A DNA stretch of 64,000 nt from Leptogorgia sarmentosa (lineage: Eukaryota): the NCBI GenBank assembly GCA_964658305.1, contig OZ210885.1, positions 16,182,001 through 16,246,000 of the forward strand, in the 5' to 3' direction. Made by a program: the position numbers and the translations under genes. Positions 57,942-64,000 of this stretch are shown one piece after another. The notes under the pieces are model-generated. The model was not told where the DNA came from. It worked only from the letters and a program-made list of their open reading frames with translations, and ran no database searches. The stretch's first letter is position 1, and every line of letters starts with the position of its first letter.

Positions 57942-60900
57942 TTAAGCCTAGGTGGGCAAAGTTAGTACTTGGATGGGTGACCACCTGGGAATACTTTGTG
58001 TTGTAGACTTGCTTCATTTTATTGTATGTGTGTTTGTAAATAGGTTTGCTTTCAATGTAAACTTCAGCGATTTTGTTATTGCTACATCTGGAAATACTTT
58101 GTATTGTTGTTTTGCTAAATGTTATTTAATGCCTATTTGTAAATATAATTCCTTTCAATTTCAACTTCAGGGTTTTGTTATTGTTACACGTTTAAAAAGT
58201 GTAACTTCCATCAACAAATGTCTACGACCATACCAGTAGGAAAATACCGGTTCTCGTCTGATCACCGAAGTTAAGCCTAGGTGAGCAAAGTTAGTACTTG
58301 GATGGGTGACTACCTGGGAATACTTTGTGTTGTAGACTTGCTTCATTTTATTGTATGTGTGTTTGTAAATAGGTTTGCTTTCAATTTCAACTTCAGGGTT
58401 TTGTTATGTTTACACGTTTAAAAAGTGTAACTTCCATCAACAAATGTCTACGACCATACCAGTAGGAAAATACCGGTTCTCGTCTGATCACCGAAGTTAA
58501 GCCTAGGTGGGCAAAGTTAGTACTTGGATGGGTGACCACCTGGGAATACTTTGTGTTGTAGACTTGCTTCATTTTATTGTATGTGTGTTTGTAAATAGGT
58601 TTGCTTTCAATGTAAACTTCAGGGATTTTGTTATTGCTACATCTGGAAATACTTTGTATTGTTGTTTTGCTAAATGTTATTTAATGCCTATTTGTAAATA
58701 TAATTCCTTTCAATTTCAACTTCAGGGTTTTGTTATTGTTACACGTTTAAAAAGTGTAATTTCCATCAACAAATGTCTACGACCGTACGAGTAGGAAAAT
58801 ACCGGTTCTCGTCTGATCACCGAAGTTAAGCCTAGGTGGGCAACGTTAGTAGTTGGATGGGTGACCACCTGGGAATACTTTGTGTTGTAGACTTGCTTCA
58901 TTTTGTTGTATGTATGTGTGTTTGTAAGTAGGTTTGCTTTCAATTTCAACTTCAGGGTTTTGTTATTGTTACACGTTTAAAAAGTGTAACTTCCATCAAC
59001 AAATGTCTACGACCATACCAGTAGGAAAATACCGGTTCTCGTCTGATCACAGAAGTTAAGCCTAGGTGGGCAAAGTTAGTACTTGGATGGGTGACTACCT
59101 GGGAATACTTTGTGTTGTAGACTTGCTTCATTTTATTGTATGTGTGTTTGTAAATAGGTTTGCTTTCAATTTCAACTTCAGGGTTTTGTTATTGTTACAC
59201 GTTTAAAAAGTGTAACTTCCATCAACAAATGTCTACGACCATACCAGTAGGAAAATACCGGTTCTCGTCTGATCACTGAAGTTAAGCCTAGGTGGGAAAA
59301 GTTAGTACTTGGATGGGTGACTACCTGGGAATACTTTGTGTTGTAGACTTGCTTCATTTTATTGTATGTGTGTTTGTAAATATAATTCCTTTCAATTTCA
59401 ACTTCAGGGTTTTGTTATTGTTACACGTTTAAAAAGTGTAACTTCCATCAACAAATGTCTACGACCATACCACTAGGAAAATACCGGTTCTCGTCTGATC
59501 ACCGAAGTTAAGCCTAGGTGGGAAAAGTTAGTTCTCGTCTAATTACCGAAGTTAAGCCTAGGTGGGCAAAGTTAGTACTTGGATGGGTGACCACCTGGGA
59601 ATACTTTGTGTTGTAGACTTGCTTCATTTTGTTGTATGTGTGTTTGTAAGTAGGTTTGCTTTCAATTTCAACTTCAGGGTTTTGTTATTGTTACACGTTT
59701 AAAAAGTGTAACTTCCATCAACAAATGTCTACGAGCATACCAGTAGGAAAATACCGGTTCTCGTCTGATTACCGAAGTTAAGCCTAGGTGGGCAAAGTTA
59801 GTACTTGGATGGGTGACTACCTGGGAATACTTTGTGTTGTAGACTTGCTTCATTTTATTGTATGTGTGTTTGTAAATATAATTCCTTTCAATTTCAACTT
59901 CAGGGTTTTGTTATTGTTACACGTTTAAAAAGTGTAACTTCCATCAACAAATGTCTACGACCGTACGAGTAGGAAAATACCGGTTCTCGTCTGATCACCG
60001 AAGTTAAGCCTAGGTGGGCAACGTTAGTAGTTGGATGGGTGACCACCTGGGAATACTTTGTGTTGTAGACTTGCTTCATTTTGTTGTATGTGTGTTTGTA
60101 AGTAGGTTTGCTTTCAATTTCAACTTCAGGGTTTTGTTATTGTTACACGTTTAAAAAGTGTAACTTCCATCAACAAATGTCTACGACCATACCAGTAGGA
60201 AAATACCGGTTCTCGTCTGATCACCGAAGTTAAGCCTAGGTGGGCAAAGTTAGTACTTGGATGGGTGACTACCTGGGAATACTTTGTGTTGTAGACTTGC
60301 TTCATTTTATTGTAGGTGTGTTTGTAAATAGGTTTGCTTTCAATTTCAACTTCAGGGTTTTGTTATTGTTACACGTTTACAAAGTGTAACTTCCATCAAC
60401 AAATGTCTACGACCATACCAGTAGGAAAATACCAGTTCTCTTCTGATCACCGAAGTTAAGCCTAGGTGGGAAAAGTTAGTACTTGGATGGGTGACCACCT
60501 GGGAATACTTTCTGTTGTAGACTTGCTTCATTTTGTTGTATGTGTGTTTGTAAGTAGGTTTGCTTTCAATTTCAACTTCAGGGTTTTGTTATTGTTACAC
60601 GTTTAAAAAGTGTAACTTCCATCAACAAATGTCTACGACCATACCAGTAGGAAAATACCGGTTCTCGTCTGATCACCGAAGTTAAGCCTAGGTGGGAAAA
60701 GTTAGTACTTGGATGGGTGACTACCTGGGAATACTTTGTGTTGTAGACTTGCTTCATTTTATTGTATGTGTGTTTGTAAATATAATTCCTTTCAATTTCA
60801 ACTTCAGGGTTTTGTTATTGTTACACGTTTAAAAAGTGTAACTTCCATCAACAAATGTCTACGACCATACCAGTAGGAAAATACCGGTTCTCGTCTGATC

Positions 60901-63900
60901 ACCGAAGTTAAGCCTAGGTGGGCAAAGTTAGTACTTGGATGGGTGACCACCTGGGAATACTTTGTGTTGTAGACTTGCTTCATTTTATTGTATGTGTGTT
61001 TGTAAATAGGTTTGCTTTCAATGTAAACTTCAGGGATTTTGTTATTGCTACATATGGAAATACTTTGTATTGTTGTTTTGCTAAATGTTATTTAATGCCT
61101 ATTTGTAAATATAATTCCTTTCAATTTCAACTTCAGGGTTTTGTTATTGTTACACGTTTAAAAAGTGTAACTTCCATCAACAAATGTCTACGACCGTACG
61201 AGTAGGAAAATACCGGTTCTCGTCTGATCACCGAAGTTAAGCCTAGGTGGGCAACGTTAGTAGTTGGATGGGTGACCACCTGGGAATACTTTGTGTTGTA
61301 GACTTGCTTCATTTTGTTGTATGTATGTGTGTTTGTAAGTAGGTTTGCTTTCAATTTCAACTTCAGGGTTTTGTTATTGTTACACGTTTAAAAAGTGTAA
61401 CTTCCATCAACAAATGTCTACGACCATACCAGTAGGAAAATACCGGTTCTCGTCTGATCACCGAAGTTAAGCCTAGGTGGGCAAAGTTAGTACTTGGATG
61501 GGTGACTACCTGGGAATACTTTGTGTTGTAGACTTGCTTCATTTTATTGTATGTGTGTTTGTAAATATAATTCCTTTCAATTTCAACTTCAGGGTTTTGT
61601 TATTGTTACACGTTTAAAAAGTGTAACTTCCATCAACAAATGTCTACGACCATACCACTAGGAAAATACCGGTTCTCGTCTGATCACCGAAGTTAAGCCT
61701 AGGTGGGAAAAGTTAGTTCTCGTCTAATTACCGAAGTTAAGCCTAGGTGGGCAAAGTTAGTACTTGGATGGGTGACCACCTGGGAATACTTTGTGTTGTA
61801 GACATGCTTCATTTTGTTGTATGTGTGTTTGTAAGTAGGTTTGCTTTCAATTTCAACTTCAGGGTTTTGTTATTGTTACACGTTTAAAAAGTGTAACTTC
61901 CATCAACAAATGTCTACGAGCATACCAGTAGGAAAATACCGGTTCTCGTCTGATTACCGAAGTTAAGCCTAGGTGTGCAAAGTTAGTACTTGGATGGGTG
62001 ACTACCTGGGAATACTTTGTGTTGTAGACTTGCTTCATTTTATTTTATGTGTGTTTGTAAATATAATTCCTTTCAATTTCAACTTCAGGGTTTTGTTATT
62101 GTTACACGTTTAAAAAGTGTAACTTCCATCAACAAATGTCTACGACCGTACGAGTAGGAAAATACCGGTTCTCGTCTGATCACCGAAGTTAAGCCTAGGT
62201 GGGCAACGTTAGTAGTTGGATGGGTGACCACCTGGGAATACTTTGTGTTGTAGACTTGCTTCATTTTGTTGCATGTGTGTTTGTAAGTAGGTTTGCTTTC
62301 AATTTCAACTTCAGGGTTTTGTTATTGTTACACGTTTAAAAAGTGTAACTTCCATCAACAAATGTCTACGACCATACCAGTAGGAAAATACCGGTTCTCG
62401 TCTGATCACCGAAGTTAAGCCTAGGTGGGCAAAGTTAGTACTTGGATGGGTGACTACCTGGGAATACTTTGTGTTGTAGACTTGCTTCATTTTATTGTAG
62501 GTGTGTTTGTAAATAGGTTTGCTTTCAATTTCAACTTCAGGGTTTTGTTATTGTTACACGTTTACAAAGTGTAACTTCCATCAACAAATGTCTACGACCA
62601 TACCAGTAGGAAAATACCAGTTCTCTTCTGATCACCGAAGTTAAGCCTAGGTGGGAAAAGTTAGTACTTGGATGGGTGACCACCTGGGAATACTTTCTGT
62701 TGTAGACTTGCTTCAGTTTGTTGTATGTGTGTTTGTAAGTAGGTTTGCTTTCAATTTCAACTTCAGGGTTTTGTTATTGTTACACGTTTAAAAAGTGTAA
62801 CTTCCATCAACAAATGTCTACGACCATACCAGTAGGAAAATACCGGTTCTCGTCTGATCACCGAAGTTAAGCCTAGGTGGGCAAAGTTAGTACTTGGATG
62901 GGTGACTACCTGGGAATACTTTGTGTTGTAGACTTGCTTCATTTTATTGTATGTGTGTTTGTAAATATCATTCCTTTCAATTTCAACTTCAGGGTTTTGT
63001 TATTGTTACACGTTTAAAAAGTGTAACTGCCATCAACAAATGTCTACGACCATACCACTAGGAAAATACCGGTTCTCGTCTGATCACCGAAGTTAAGCCT
63101 AGGTGGGAAAAGTTAGTTCTCGTCTAATTACCGAAGTTAAGCCTAGGTGGGCAAAGTTAGTACTTGGATGGGTGACCACCTGGGAATACTTTGTGTTGTA
63201 GACTTGCTTCATTTTGTTGTATGTGTGTTTGTAAGTAGGTTTGCTTTCAATTTCAACTTCAGGGTTTTGTTATTGTTACACGTTTAAAAAGTGTAACTTC
63301 CATCAACAAATGTCTACGAGCATACCAGTAGGAAAATACCGGTTCTCGTCTGATCACTGAAGTTAAGCCTAGGTGGGAAAAGTTAGTACTTGGATGGGTG
63401 ACCACCTGGCAATACTTTGTGTTGTAGACTTGCTTCATTTTATTGTATGTGTGTTTGTAAATAGGTTTGCTTTCAATTTCAACTTCAGGGTTTTGTTATT
63501 GTTACACGTTTAAAAAGTGTAACTTCCATCAACAAATGTCTACGACCATACCAGTAGGAAAATACCGGTTCTCGTCTGATCACCGAAGTTAAGCCTAGGT
63601 GGGCAAAGTTAGTACTTGGATGGGTGACTACCTGGGAATACTTTGTGTTGTAGACTTGCTTCATTTTATTGTATGTGTGTTTGTAAATATAATTCCTTTC
63701 AATTTCAATTTCAGGGTTTTGTTATTGTTACACGTTTAAAAAGTCTAACTTCCATCAACAAATGTCTACGACCATACCACTAGGAAAATACCTGTTCTCG
63801 TCTGATCACCGAAGTTAAGCCTAGGTGGGAAAAGTTAGTTCTCGTCTAATTACCGAAGTTAAGCCTAGGTGGGAAAAGTTAGTACTTGGATGGGTGACCA

Positions 63901-64000
63901 CCTGGGAATACTTTCTGTTGTAGACTTGCTTCATTTTGTTGTATGTGTGTTTGTAAGTAGGTTTGCTTTCAATTTCAACTTCAGGGTTTTGTTATTGTTA
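57942..64000 (+). rRNA. 5S: Continuation of the variant 5S array (roughly 25 units, mostly 226 bp)
   Basis: Same unit as 26563-40407. Several copies carry an internal ~40-bp duplication (near 59530, 61716, 63116, 63838). Confidence 0.93.

Noticed and set aside
27721..61360. Repeated 80-95-aa ORFs (MGKVSTWMGD...)
   Set aside because: Chance frames across the 5S gene and spacer, with GTG starts. They recur only because the unit is repeated.
26563..64000. CRISPR array
   Set aside because: The spacers are not unique, the repeat is a 120-nt 5S gene, the context is eukaryotic, and there are no cas genes.

Overview
Animal (metazoan; plausibly a marine invertebrate such as a cnidarian, which is an inference only) repeat-dense locus with no ordinary host protein gene. 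It has two parts. (1) 1-24.5 kb is a minus-strand U2-U1-U2 snRNA gene cluster in which every gene is split by non-LTR retrotransposons. Both U2 genes carry an ORF1-only (HAL1-like) Tx1-type element at U2 nt 22-24 and a Utopia-like RLE element at nt 37-38. One U2 also has a third Tx1-type element at nt 50. The U1 gene is split inside its 5' ATACTTAC by an APE/RT Tx1 element. All three Tx1-type elements whose 3' ends are visible carry ATTGCAC, the U1A/U2B'' recognition heptamer, in a predicted stem-loop about 40 nt from the 3' end. One ORF1-only copy also holds a long-TIR DDE transposon with a HECT E3-ligase passenger gene. (2) 26.5-64 kb is a tandem array of a divergent but structurally compensated 5S rRNA (226- and 329-bp units, with higher-order repeats). 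A Kolobok DNA transposon interrupts it (TTAA TSD in the 5S A-box; transposase plus a KolX/P2X7-ballast-like gene). The Kolobok left part is tandemly duplicated, and the KolX gene was hit independently by an apparently intact Ngaro element in one copy and a DIRS1-type element in the other. All calls are by eye; no database searches were run.
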